This document shows, piece by piece, positions 1 through 9,399 of a stretch of DNA of 64,000 nt. Positions within the stretch are counted from its first letter, which is position 1. Every line of letters starts with the position of its first letter. The stretch lies in the sequence record MN563784.1. One strand, given 5' to 3'. The translations under genes were made by a program, and so were the position numbers. The notes below the pieces were generated by a model, which was not told the DNA's origin, did not search any database, and worked only from the letters and a program-made list of their open reading frames with translations.

Positions 1-142
<142 letters not shown>

Positions 143-700
143 ATGACTAGTGAAGTTGAGAAAAATGAAAGCGAAGCTATGAACTCCATGCTATTAAAAC
201 GAATTCATATGCTAGAAGTAACAGTTAGGAATCTAACAAAACATGCTAATGTTGTAGATGAGGCTTTCCAACAATTGGTAAAAGCTAAAGCTGAAGAAAC
301 TGCAACATTTAATATTCGCGTTAGTCGAGTTCTTGCAGATATTCTTTGCAATATGGGTGAAAGTATTCGGCATGAAGTTGATGACGCATTGCGAGCTATC
401 CATGGTGATACTAAACCAGTATTCTCACTAGCTGAAGTAGATGGGGTTAATCAGAAAGAACATATGGAATCAGTCATTGTTCGTAAGGGCGGTGATAAAG
501 GTTATATGTTTGCTACTGTTGGAACGCCTAATAAGTTCACTACTGAAAACTGCGATGCGTTGATTGATTACCTAAATAGTAATCCTCAACTAATGGAAAA
601 TAAAGAAGAAGCTCGTTTTAATATCATCACTACTCTGACTAAACAACAGATTGAACAAGTTATGGGTAAAGAAGATGGCAACTCCGGAACCGAACACTAG
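143..700 (+). CDS. hypothetical protein (phiKZ gp63-like position)
   Basis: 185-aa ORF tightly packed in an operon with phage-typical codon use; number from synteny only. Confidence 0.75.
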   Translation: MTSEVEKNESEAMNSMLLKRIHMLEVTVRNLTKHANVVDEAFQQLVKAKAEETATFNIRVSRVLADILCNMGESIRHEVDDALRAIHGDTKPVFSLAEVDGVNQKEHMESVIVRKGGDKGYMFATVGTPNKFTTENCDALIDYLNSNPQLMENKEEARFNIITTLTKQQIEQVMGKEDGNSGTEH

Positions 701-1283
701 AGTTACAGATAGCGATAACATGATCATGGATGCAATGCAAGCCATGGTTAACATTCATCAGAAAGAGACACCTATTGTTCATGAGGACGTTTTTGTAAAG
801 AATATATTACCGTTACTTGAATGTCCATGGGCACCTGGTGCATTAGATGAATATCGTAAATATGTTCGTGAGCTATCAAATCCGTTACGCGTAGCAAGTG
901 TAAATACCAAAGAAGCAGTTGTGCTTTTTACAGTTCCAGCACTCTATCCTCGTCCAAGTGTTGCAATCTCATCTGGTGAGAATGTTGCTAGCATTTCTAA
1001 CGTAATGGATTATTATAATAAAGAACATAACCGTAATCCACGTGGTGGGTTTGCTAAAGAAGCGGCTCAATTCCTAGAGCGGTGTATTTATAATGAACCA
1101 TTAGAAAAACAACTTCTACAAGTGTTAATCCAAATCTTAGCAGCATATGGTCGGGTATTAAAAAATACTGATGGTACTCCGTTATATGAGTTACCGAATG
1201 CATCTTCATCTAAATCTGGAGGTGTGCAAGTAGATACACCTGAGAATGATGAATGTGTTTACGGTGACGAATATGAAGACTGA
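675..1283 (+). CDS. hypothetical protein (phiKZ gp64-like position)
   Basis: Track ORF 651..1283; ATG at 675 overlapping the end of the previous gene is the more plausible start. Acidic C-terminus. Confidence 0.75.
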   Translation: MATPEPNTRVTDSDNMIMDAMQAMVNIHQKETPIVHEDVFVKNILPLLECPWAPGALDEYRKYVRELSNPLRVASVNTKEAVVLFTVPALYPRPSVAISSGENVASISNVMDYYNKEHNRNPRGGFAKEAAQFLERCIYNEPLEKQLLQVLIQILAAYGRVLKNTDGTPLYELPNASSSKSGGVQVDTPENDECVYGDEYED

Positions 1284-2412
1284 TAAAACAAAGAAACCTG
1301 GCATATTTCGATATTTAACAGTAGGCGATGTCCATATGGGGCATCGCCAAACCCCTACTGAATTAATCATCAATAACTTTTGGAAAACTGTCCCTGATAC
1401 AATTTTAAAAGATATTGATATGTTGATTATTACAGGGGATTTATTTGATCGCCAATTAAACAATGGTGATCCAGCTGCATACGCAATTGATAGATTTATT
1501 ACAATACTTCTCTACAAATGTGAAATGTATAATGTAATGATCCGTATTGTTGAAGGGACTCCATCACACGATCGTGGGCAAATGCAGTTTTTCGTAGAAC
1601 AAAAGAATAATGCTAATATTAAAGTTGATTTGCATTATTCAAAGATTCTCGATATCGAGTATATTGAGAAACTAGATGCATATTTCCTTTATGTCCCTGA
1701 TAAATGGAATCCATCCACATCAGAGACTTTAAATCAAGTAAAAGATTTAATGCATAAGAAAGGTATATCTCAAGTTGACTTTACTATTTTACATGGTGCA
1801 TTTAAACACCAGCTACCTAGCATTGTTGAAGAGCCAACACATGATCCAGATGAATATTTAGCATTAACTAAATATATGATCAATGGTGGACATGTTCATG
1901 AGATGTCTATCTATGAACGCATTTTAGCTGCCGGTGGATTTGACCGATTAAGTCACAACGATGAAATTCCAAAAGGATTATTTGATGTTGTGGTGAAAGA
2001 AAATGGCGAATGGACTGCTACATTCCTTGAGAATAAGGGTGCGCGTAGATATGATACTTTGAATGTCCATGGAATGGATACTAAGCAACTTAATTACACT
2101 GTTAAAGAACATATCAAGACACTACCAACTAACTCTGCAATTAGGTTAAGATGTAATCCAGGTGATGTAGCTACTGGTGATCTCGATACATTTCAAAATG
2201 AATATCCTAATTTTTCATGGAGTATCTTAATTGAAAAAGTTACTACAAAGAAAAATACTGTGTCAGATAGCCTAAAGAATTTTGATTTATCAGAATTTTT
2301 GGATATAACTCCAGAAAGTATTTCTGATTTAATTATTCCAGATATTGAAAAATTTACAGCGGACGCTGCTCAGATCCAGCGGGTATTGGGATTATTGACA
2401 GAGTTCAAATAA
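1273..2412 (+). CDS. sbcD: SbcD/Mre11-family metallophosphoesterase nuclease (phiKZ gp65-like)
   Basis: All five calcineurin-like motifs present: GDVHMG, TGDLFD, EGTPSHD, LHGAF, GGHVH. Start moved to ATG 1273, overlapping the upstream gene end. Confidence 0.9.
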   Translation: MKTDKTKKPGIFRYLTVGDVHMGHRQTPTELIINNFWKTVPDTILKDIDMLIITGDLFDRQLNNGDPAAYAIDRFITILLYKCEMYNVMIRIVEGTPSHDRGQMQFFVEQKNNANIKVDLHYSKILDIEYIEKLDAYFLYVPDKWNPSTSETLNQVKDLMHKKGISQVDFTILHGAFKHQLPSIVEEPTHDPDEYLALTKYMINGGHVHEMSIYERILAAGGFDRLSHNDEIPKGLFDVVVKENGEWTATFLENKGARRYDTLNVHGMDTKQLNYTVKEHIKTLPTNSAIRLRCNPGDVATGDLDTFQNEYPNFSWSILIEKVTTKKNTVSDSLKNFDLSEFLDITPESISDLIIPDIEKFTADAAQIQRVLGLLTEFK

Positions 2413-2424
2413 AAGGCAATAATA

Positions 2425-3255
2425 ATGGATATTATCGAGAGAGATGTAGGTGCTAATATTCCGATTAGCATTGGAACTTCTTTTGCTCTCGAAGGGCTTA
2501 TAGGAACACATCCACAAAAGCCTAGACAACCAACTGATGTTAAGTCTATTAAAGAAATATGGATTAATGTCCGTACTCTTGCAAGAAATATGTGGCAGGC
2601 TATGAAGTCTGAACAACAAACTAATATTAACTTGGTTGCAGCAGTCGATGTTTTATTTCAAGAAGCACAAACAATCCCGGTTGCTTTACGGCAATCGGGG
2701 ATAAAAGCAACTGTAAAATATTACATTACTGGTCGAGATGCAGTGAAGTGGTTATTCCCTAAAGCTACATTTAAAGTATCACGAACACCGCAACAATTAG
2801 CTTATGATGTTTATGAACGATTTGTATCAATTGAACTATACCAGAAGTTAAAAGATACAGATTTAACTACAATGGAAATATCTAATAAACCTCCAAAGGT
2901 TGAAGGTACTGTTTTACTATTAACCCATTTCCCACATGAACTATTATGGAAACCCCATTTTAATAGACTTCTTTTATTGGAATCCCATACGGGTAAAATA
3001 AAGACATACAACATGTGGTATACTAAACTAAATGGTTTAAAAGAAGATACTCCATTTCCTTTTACATCATTTGCTATACAGATATTTGGCGATAAACAAT
3101 TACTTGAACCACAAGACAAAGCTATTCGTGCGCAATTAAAACAATTGGCACAATCTAGAAAATGGACAGGATTAACAACACCAGATAAAGTTCATCATGA
3201 CATTACTGCTTATGGTTCTAAAGAGTTAAAAGAAGCATACAAGAAATTCAAATAG
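2425..3255 (+). CDS. conserved jumbo-phage protein (phiKZ gp66-like), function unknown
   Basis: 276-aa ORF between sbcD and the ChmC-like gene; number from synteny. Confidence 0.8.
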   Translation: MDIIERDVGANIPISIGTSFALEGLIGTHPQKPRQPTDVKSIKEIWINVRTLARNMWQAMKSEQQTNINLVAAVDVLFQEAQTIPVALRQSGIKATVKYYITGRDAVKWLFPKATFKVSRTPQQLAYDVYERFVSIELYQKLKDTDLTTMEISNKPPKVEGTVLLLTHFPHELLWKPHFNRLLLLESHTGKIKTYNMWYTKLNGLKEDTPFPFTSFAIQIFGDKQLLEPQDKAIRAQLKQLAQSRKWTGLTTPDKVHHDITAYGSKELKEAYKKFK

Positions 3256-3341
3256 AAGAAATACTTGTTGCGATAATATTACGTAGAAATCATTTCCCAT
3301 CTAGTTAAAAGAATCTAGTTTTAATTTGGAGTTATCACATC

Positions 3342-4082
3342 ATGTCACAACAGCAGCCTAATGCACCCGTAGTTAACCCTTTTAACGTAATGAATACTTG
3401 GCTACATGCCAAACCATGTGAGGGTTCTCAAAAACGACCGACGCTACGATTTGGTCTGTTTAAAAACCAACCACGGGTTACTGTTCGTACTAATGTACCT
3501 GGTGATAAAGACCATGGTAAAATTGAGTTCAATACTGACCTAGCAACCTTTGCATGTTTCATTAAGTTTGCAATGGACTTAATTGAAGGTAAAACTGAAG
3601 ATACTGAACGCGTCTTTGTTTACCGCAATAACTTCGTAGCTGGTAAAAAGCGTGATAATTTTATTGAGCTTTCTAAGCTACATGTTGGCCGTGCACAAGA
3701 TGGTCGAATTTACATCGCAGTGCTGAGCACTCAACCTGATCGTCCAAAGATCAAATTCTTCTTTGGCCCGTCCCAATTCCATGATATCCGCAAAGCAGAT
3801 GGTAGTCAGCTATCACCTAAGGAAATGTCTGATGCTTATGCATACGGTTTCCTAGACCCCGCATATAAACTAGTAATGCATCTTCTAGTAACTGAATTCG
3901 ATCCAGATGCTAAAGGTGTATCTAACCCTGCTAATTTCAATCAGGGTAATGGTAATAGCGGTGGTTACAATAACGGTGGTCAGCGCAATAACTATAACAA
4001 CGGTGGCAATAATAGTTATGCTAAGCCGGCTAATAATAGTTATAATGACTCAGCTTTTGATGAGGATATGCCTTCCTTCTAA
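3342..4082 (+). CDS. chmC: phage-nucleus-associated RNA-binding protein, ChmC-like (phiKZ gp67)
   Basis: Globular N-terminal ~190 aa followed by an N/G/Y-rich disordered tail and acidic tip (FDEDMPSF). Lies directly upstream of the gp68 and PicA-like genes, as ChmC does in related phages (recalled, not searched). Confidence 0.6.
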   Translation: MSQQQPNAPVVNPFNVMNTWLHAKPCEGSQKRPTLRFGLFKNQPRVTVRTNVPGDKDHGKIEFNTDLATFACFIKFAMDLIEGKTEDTERVFVYRNNFVAGKKRDNFIELSKLHVGRAQDGRIYIAVLSTQPDRPKIKFFFGPSQFHDIRKADGSQLSPKEMSDAYAYGFLDPAYKLVMHLLVTEFDPDAKGVSNPANFNQGNGNSGGYNNGGQRNNYNNGGNNSYAKPANNSYNDSAFDEDMPSF

Positions 4083-4090
4083 AACATATT

Positions 4091-4119
4091 TCGGTGCTTA
4101 CTCTCGAAGTAGGCACCGA
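4091..4119. terminator. GC-rich stem-loop after gp67
   Basis: TCGGTGCTTACT (4091-4102) pairs with AGTAGGCACCGA (4108-4119), one G-U; no canonical U-tract. Confidence 0.6.
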
Positions 4120-4166
4120 TATGCCCTCAGCACTAAATACCGTTATACTAAAAAAAATTTGAGATC

Positions 4167-4174
4167 TATATTAC
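4167..4174 (+). promoter_or_regulatory. phiKZ-type early promoter core TATATTAC upstream of gp68
   Basis: Exact match to the published phiKZ early consensus TATATTAC, AT-rich upstream, 34 nt before ATG 4208. Confidence 0.65.
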
Positions 4175-4207
4175 TAACATGTATCTACATTGGTAAAAGA
4201 GGTTAAA

Positions 4208-5773
4208 ATGCAAATCATCGTTACAGGAGTTCAAGGTACTGGTTTTACTGAAGTGGCTACAGAACACAATGGTAAACGTTTAACTTGGACAACTACGGCT
4301 TATAGTAAAATCCGTGTACAAGATCAACAACGCGTATTCCAAGAAATCAATGATTATTGGAGTGGCCTAAGTGCTGAGACACAACAACATATCTGGAATT
4401 GTTATGTAGAAATTCGTAAGATCATGGATATGGCTATGGATCCGATGAGGATTGCAATGAGTCTATCCTATTACATCAAAGAGATGTATAAAGCCATGCC
4501 GATGAACAGTTTTCGGCGATGGCTACTAACTATTGGTAAACTTTATATTCCAGTAGATATTGAAGAAGTTATCACTGATGATTCACGATATAATCGACCA
4601 GATCAAACATATCTGAAACATGACTATATTAACCTTGCATCTGTATCACTAGCTCTTCGTCCTTTAGTACCTATTTGGGGCGAGTTTATTGATCAGGGCA
4701 CTTCTCAGGAAATGCATAAAGAGTGTGAAGTAATTAGTCTCATCTCGGATTGTGAGGTTAACCATTGGCCTGTTGATGAAATATCAATCGATGGAACTCC
4801 AGTAGAAACAGCTTATGATAAGCTAAGTGCATATGTTAAGTTTTGTGTAGAAGATGAAGCACCCACCTTAGCCAACCTTTATAGGGGTATGAGTTCAGCT
4901 GAAGTGCCGGATATCTTACAGGCTAAAGTTATGGTTAGGCGATTAACCATCCTACCATTAAACGATGTCACCTCACATTCCATCGTTTCAAATATGTTTA
5001 GATATGTTAAGTCAAATCTAAACCCTGCGGAACGATCAACTGCTGACCGGGTTAATGATAAACGGCCAGATAAAGGTGGTATTGATGATGATGATAAAAC
5101 ATCATTTATCGAATCGCATAAAACTAAACAGCGAGTTACTCCTGGTGATATCGTAGCTTATAACTTAGATGCTCTTGATGTAGTTAAACTGGTTCACAAA
5201 ATCGATGACACTGTCCCAGTAGAGTTAATTCAGGAATGTCTAGATTGCGTTGCAGTTACAGCTACTAAAGATATCTATCCACACCAGATATTACTTGCAC
5301 AATGGGTGATGCACAAAGCTTTCCCTGCAAGAGCATTCAGCCACATTAATAAAAATGCAGTTAACCATTTGTTGGCAGCAGCTCAGTCACTAATGTGGCA
5401 TTGGGGTTTCCAACAAGTTGCTGTATTTATGCAAGTAGAGTTGTATTATAGTGGTGAACATGCAATGTCCATTCAACCACGTAATAGTACACGTATTCAA
5501 ATTAAATATAAGGATGTGATGGATGAACTTTATCCACATCAGCGACAACAACGAGCTATTAACGGTATTCCAGTAGCACCTGTAAATATTGCGGGCATTG
5601 CTGTGCAATCTGCACATGCATCCATTAGATCTAGTAACTGGATCTATCATGGACCCGATCGTTTATTCAAAGAAGCAGAACAGGTAACTCAGAATAAAGT
5701 CCTTGTTGTACCGGCCACAATTAAGTCGGTGATCACCGAACTGGTAATTCATCTGGGTAAACTTAATCAGTAA
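4208..5773 (+). CDS. non-virion RNA polymerase sigma-like promoter-specificity subunit (phiKZ gp68)
   Basis: 521-aa protein from ATG 4208 (MQIIVTGVQGTGFTEVATEHNGKRLTW...GKLNQ) recognised as near-identical to phiKZ gp68; AGAGG RBS upstream. Confidence 0.9.
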   Translation: MQIIVTGVQGTGFTEVATEHNGKRLTWTTTAYSKIRVQDQQRVFQEINDYWSGLSAETQQHIWNCYVEIRKIMDMAMDPMRIAMSLSYYIKEMYKAMPMNSFRRWLLTIGKLYIPVDIEEVITDDSRYNRPDQTYLKHDYINLASVSLALRPLVPIWGEFIDQGTSQEMHKECEVISLISDCEVNHWPVDEISIDGTPVETAYDKLSAYVKFCVEDEAPTLANLYRGMSSAEVPDILQAKVMVRRLTILPLNDVTSHSIVSNMFRYVKSNLNPAERSTADRVNDKRPDKGGIDDDDKTSFIESHKTKQRVTPGDIVAYNLDALDVVKLVHKIDDTVPVELIQECLDCVAVTATKDIYPHQILLAQWVMHKAFPARAFSHINKNAVNHLLAAAQSLMWHWGFQQVAVFMQVELYYSGEHAMSIQPRNSTRIQIKYKDVMDELYPHQRQQRAINGIPVAPVNIAGIAVQSAHASIRSSNWIYHGPDRLFKEAEQVTQNKVLVVPATIKSVITELVIHLGKLNQ

Positions 5774-5789
5774 TAATTGAGGTAGTTCT

Positions 5790-7463
5790 ATGTTAGGTTT
5801 TAATAATTCAGCAATGGGCGGTAATACTGAAGTACAGATTGAATCATTCATTCTAGTACAAACTGGTACTTATCAACCTGAACATGTTCGACCATTTACT
5901 GTAGAGGTCACTGAGAACTCTATTGAACGTTTAAAAGAAGCAACTAATGATGGTCGTAATCTAGGTGTTGCAGCTGTACAGCAAATTGCAGCTGATGTGA
6001 TCGCACCACGTGCTCAAACTCAAGGCGAAGTCCCTATCGTCAATGGTTGGGGTGAACGCCGGTTTAGGTTCATGATGAAAGTATGGGAGAATAACCGTTT
6101 CTTTGGTAATACCCGTACTTGCCGGATTCTATTTGGTTGCTCTGACCATTGCTCTATTAGTCCGCTTAGCAATAGTCTAGATCCTAACATGCGTATCTAT
6201 TTTAATAGTGAAACTGTTATTGTAGAGCGTCAACGACCAACTGAGTTTGGTGTGGTTAAACAAGCACATATCCTAGGTTCTAACCAGATCCTTGCACCCG
6301 TCGATATCATGAGTGATATTACTATCCCTCAGAACGGGTTTAGCATGTATACTGGAACTTCATCATATCTCCAACGGCCAGAAGATGTTTTCCAGATTCA
6401 GCAAACGATGCAAGTAGCTAAACGCATTGAATCAACTGGACTACATCAAGGTGTATTTGACCGGATCATTGATCAACGTTCCAGTGTTGGTGAAGCAGGT
6501 ACTTTCCAATATTCAAATCGCCGTGATACTTCTCCTACTCGTTATCTATCTAGTACTCTTAATGCATGGCAGCATTCTGTTAAAGAAGCTGAGATGGCTA
6601 ATAATGATAACGATAATATCTTTGGAGGTGTCTCTGATGAAGTGATGCTAGGTGATGCATCAGCTGTACTTCGAAATCAAGATATCCATTCCAATATGTT
6701 CATGCGCATTCTAAAAGAACGCTGCAATTACATGGAACGTGGCTTTGTTACACTGGCTGACCTACAACGAGTATTCCCTGAACTACTGGTTGATGGTGTA
6801 GTTAAAGCTGGTATGGATAATGGTAATTCTCAACGCTTCGTTAACCGAGCAGAGCATTCCATGCATTGGGGTGGTGCAGATCATCACACTGTTGCAGCAT
6901 CTCTACTTGCACAAGTAGTTCCAGCAATCATGATGGATAACTATTTCCGGGTAACCTCCTTTGCAATTACAAATGGACATGGAGCGAATAACTATCTATT
7001 CGAAATGCATCCAAATGGTACCAGGAGTATCATGGATGGAATTGATATGACTCCACAGATTAATGACTTTGAACGTCGTCTTATTACCGATGCGATTAAC
7101 AGTATCTCTTATGGTAACCAGATTCCGTTTAAAATTTCCATGCACTCTGACTTAGCTGGTGATACTGTTATTGATATCAGTCTAAATCATGAATCGGTAG
7201 AACGATTCATCGCACCGACCTTCATTGATAGTCTGTTTAGTCCAGTCATTACTCGGGATGCATCTGCACCGGCTATGATCTCTAATGACCTTACCTATCT
7301 TGTTAAGAATGTTATCCCAACTAAGACTCAACAAAACATTCTAAACAGTAGTGGTCAGCCGGTTAACATGCAACCGTATCAACATCCTGTAGCTCAACCT
7401 GCTCAAATCAATCCTAAATTTGGTGATAACAATGCCTACGATTTCTCTTTCCAAGTTCTATAG
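5790..7463 (+). CDS. picA: phage-nucleus protein import factor PicA/Imp1-like (phiKZ gp69)
   Basis: 557-aa ORF immediately after gp68, the known position of gp69/PicA; GAGG RBS; Q/P-rich tail. Function by synteny and recall. Confidence 0.7.
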   Translation: MLGFNNSAMGGNTEVQIESFILVQTGTYQPEHVRPFTVEVTENSIERLKEATNDGRNLGVAAVQQIAADVIAPRAQTQGEVPIVNGWGERRFRFMMKVWENNRFFGNTRTCRILFGCSDHCSISPLSNSLDPNMRIYFNSETVIVERQRPTEFGVVKQAHILGSNQILAPVDIMSDITIPQNGFSMYTGTSSYLQRPEDVFQIQQTMQVAKRIESTGLHQGVFDRIIDQRSSVGEAGTFQYSNRRDTSPTRYLSSTLNAWQHSVKEAEMANNDNDNIFGGVSDEVMLGDASAVLRNQDIHSNMFMRILKERCNYMERGFVTLADLQRVFPELLVDGVVKAGMDNGNSQRFVNRAEHSMHWGGADHHTVAASLLAQVVPAIMMDNYFRVTSFAITNGHGANNYLFEMHPNGTRSIMDGIDMTPQINDFERRLITDAINSISYGNQIPFKISMHSDLAGDTVIDISLNHESVERFIAPTFIDSLFSPVITRDASAPAMISNDLTYLVKNVIPTKTQQNILNSSGQPVNMQPYQHPVAQPAQINPKFGDNNAYDFSFQVL

Positions 7464-8811
7464 TGATCAAGTATTACCTGCTTTCCGATACAAAGTAGGT
7501 GAAGAGGATATGATCAGTATTCTCGATCCACTTGGTCGACCTGCACCTGCAAAGGTAGATGGTAAGCGACTAGTGGTACCTACTAAAGATTGGCTTCGTA
7601 AAGGGCTAGGCGATGATTACATCGCCTTCCACCCGCTATCTGAAAAGATCTCTCGGCTAGGTACTTCTCAAGTACTACAGCATATGCAGCGTCAAGTTAA
7701 GGCTAATCTAATGTTTACTGTGAAGTATCTTACTTCACGTATTTTAGAAGTAGCTGCCGACTCCACTCTGCATAAAGACATTCCACCAGAATGTTCAGAC
7801 TTCCTAAAGAAACTATCCGGTGCTAAGCCAGATACCATTGAGTGGTTTAATAAGGTTGTCAAAGCTGCTGAAAAACGTTCACGTTTTGTAAGCGTGTATC
7901 TAAAAGCAAATGGTAAATTTGATGGGAAGACAGTTAACCGTATCTGCGTTATTCGGTTCCATATCGTAGAGGATCTTTATTCTAAAGATGATATCCTTGG
8001 AGTAAATGTACCTAAGAAACAGCGGCCAGTTCTAATCGAACTATTTAAACTAGTTGTACCATTTGGTGATTCACCAACTGAATATTCAGCAGGAACAGTT
8101 GAGCGGGTAGCACCTTATTTTGTATGTCTTATCCAGGCATTTAACAAAATCACTACTCAACTAAATAGTGTTATTGATAAGTATCGCCTGATCTTCGATG
8201 ATGCTATTCAACCTTATTCAAAAGTTGATGAGAAGGTGATTGCTGATTTTGCAAAGATGCAACGTGAGATCCCCTCTCTTGATGGTAATGAAGGAGTCAG
8301 CAATGAAGTAGAAGAAGAAGCTTCTGAAACTGTAAACCCAGTTGCCCAAATTCCTGTCCAGAAAAAGGATAGTGTAGTTAAAGTGGGTAATACTGCTAAA
8401 GAACAAACTACTTCTACACGTGTACCAGTAGGCACAACTGTGAATGTTAATCCATCTATGAGTCAAGCTGTAGCAATGACTCAGGCACCTCAACGTCCCG
8501 CACAACAAGTTCAAACTAGCAATAAAGCATCTATCCAAGATCTTCTAAACGCTGGGCAGAAAAACCAATTTGCTCAACCCGGAATGATGCAACAACCTGT
8601 TATGATGAACAATAACTTTGCAATGCCTGGGATGATGCAGCCACAGCAGCCAATGATGGCTAATATGCATCCGCAAATGATGCAACTCATGGGCAATCAA
8701 ATGCCGATGGGTGGTGGATTTGCACAAGCACTAAACCCCGCTCTAGCTGGTAATGGTAACACCGCGATGATGAATCTAGGTGGAAACCAAATGATGGGTC
8801 GTCTACTGTAA
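7432..8811 (+). CDS. conserved protein with M/Q/N-rich low-complexity C-terminus (phiKZ gp70-like)
   Basis: Track ORF 7420..8811, likely ATG 7432; the last ~100 aa are dominated by M, Q, P, N, G. Confidence 0.8.
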   Translation: MPTISLSKFYSDQVLPAFRYKVGEEDMISILDPLGRPAPAKVDGKRLVVPTKDWLRKGLGDDYIAFHPLSEKISRLGTSQVLQHMQRQVKANLMFTVKYLTSRILEVAADSTLHKDIPPECSDFLKKLSGAKPDTIEWFNKVVKAAEKRSRFVSVYLKANGKFDGKTVNRICVIRFHIVEDLYSKDDILGVNVPKKQRPVLIELFKLVVPFGDSPTEYSAGTVERVAPYFVCLIQAFNKITTQLNSVIDKYRLIFDDAIQPYSKVDEKVIADFAKMQREIPSLDGNEGVSNEVEEEASETVNPVAQIPVQKKDSVVKVGNTAKEQTTSTRVPVGTTVNVNPSMSQAVAMTQAPQRPAQQVQTSNKASIQDLLNAGQKNQFAQPGMMQQPVMMNNNFAMPGMMQPQQPMMANMHPQMMQLMGNQMPMGGGFAQALNPALAGNGNTAMMNLGGNQMMGRLL

Positions 8812-8822
8812 CACGGCATAAA

Positions 8823-8846
8823 CCAGGGGGCCTAAGGGTCCCCTGG
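8823..8846. terminator. stem-loop between convergent genes (probable bidirectional terminator)
   Basis: CCAGGGGGCC-TAAG-GGTCCCCTGG, 10-bp stem with one G-U, between stops at 8811 (+) and 8853 (-). Confidence 0.7.
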
Positions 8847-8852
8847 CTTGCT

Positions 8853-9227
8853 TTAAAACTTTTTAGTTTGATATAAGCTAACGAGGTGTTGAATCATGTC
8901 GTTATTCGGTATGATTAAATAGCTGGTGTAATCATTAGCTGAAGGATCCCTTAGAACTTTACCAAAATCATAAGGGCTAACTAAACCATTAACACGCATT
9001 TGAATCCACCACATATCAGGATTGACACGGCGTTCTGCCATGTATCCATAAAAGTTTCCTTCGAACTGGTAATACAGTTCAGGTGGAATTTGAATACGTG
9101 TGGATCTGACATTACGTAAGATATTCAAATGAGTCTCAATAATTAATCTGAACCCTGGTTCATAATAAACAGATTCACCTGAATCTGGCTGATTAGCTAA
9201 CAGTGTGAATGCCATAATAAATTCCAA
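8853..9227 (-). CDS. small protein, possibly LysM/T4 gp53-like baseplate component
   Basis: 124-aa ORF; segment FEGNFYGYMAERRVNPDMWWIQMRVNGLVSPYDF resembles the YG...WW.I...N....P pattern of LysM/gp53-type proteins (pattern recall only). Confidence 0.55.
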   Translation of the reverse strand: MEFIMAFTLLANQPDSGESVYYEPGFRLIIETHLNILRNVRSTRIQIPPELYYQFEGNFYGYMAERRVNPDMWWIQMRVNGLVSPYDFGKVLRDPSANDYTSYLIIPNNDMIQHLVSLYQTKKF

Positions 9228-9245
9228 TAAATTTTATTTAAGATC

Positions 9246-9253
9246 TATATCAT
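9246..9253 (+). promoter_or_regulatory. early-promoter-like motif upstream of gp71-73
   Basis: AGATCTATATCAT, sharing AGATCTATAT with the element upstream of gp68 (AGATCTATATTAC). Confidence 0.5.
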
Positions 9254-9279
9254 TGATTTGTAATTAGTAAACAGGAGGT

Positions 9280-9399
9280 ATGAGATTGGTGATACCAGAC
9301 ATTGAAGTCTTACAAAAGGCTATATCTAAAAACAGCGCAAATAAGAAATATAGTAGTACTGCATCTTGTCTAATTAATGGTGATAAACAAAATGGCTGA
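9280..9399 (+). CDS. 39-aa upstream ORF overlapping the gp71 start
   Basis: AGGAGG at 9273-9278, ATG 9280, MRLVIPDIEVLQKAISKNSANKKYSSTASCLINGDKQNG, TGA 9397-9399 overlapping ATG 9392. Below the track length cutoff. Confidence 0.45.
   Translation: MRLVIPDIEVLQKAISKNSANKKYSSTASCLINGDKQNG

Noticed and set aside
2425-3255. PIN/FEN-like nuclease call for the gp66-like protein
   Set aside because: Only a vague resemblance (IWINVRTL.RN); the acidic catalytic set could not be identified by eye, so it is left as unknown pending HHpred.
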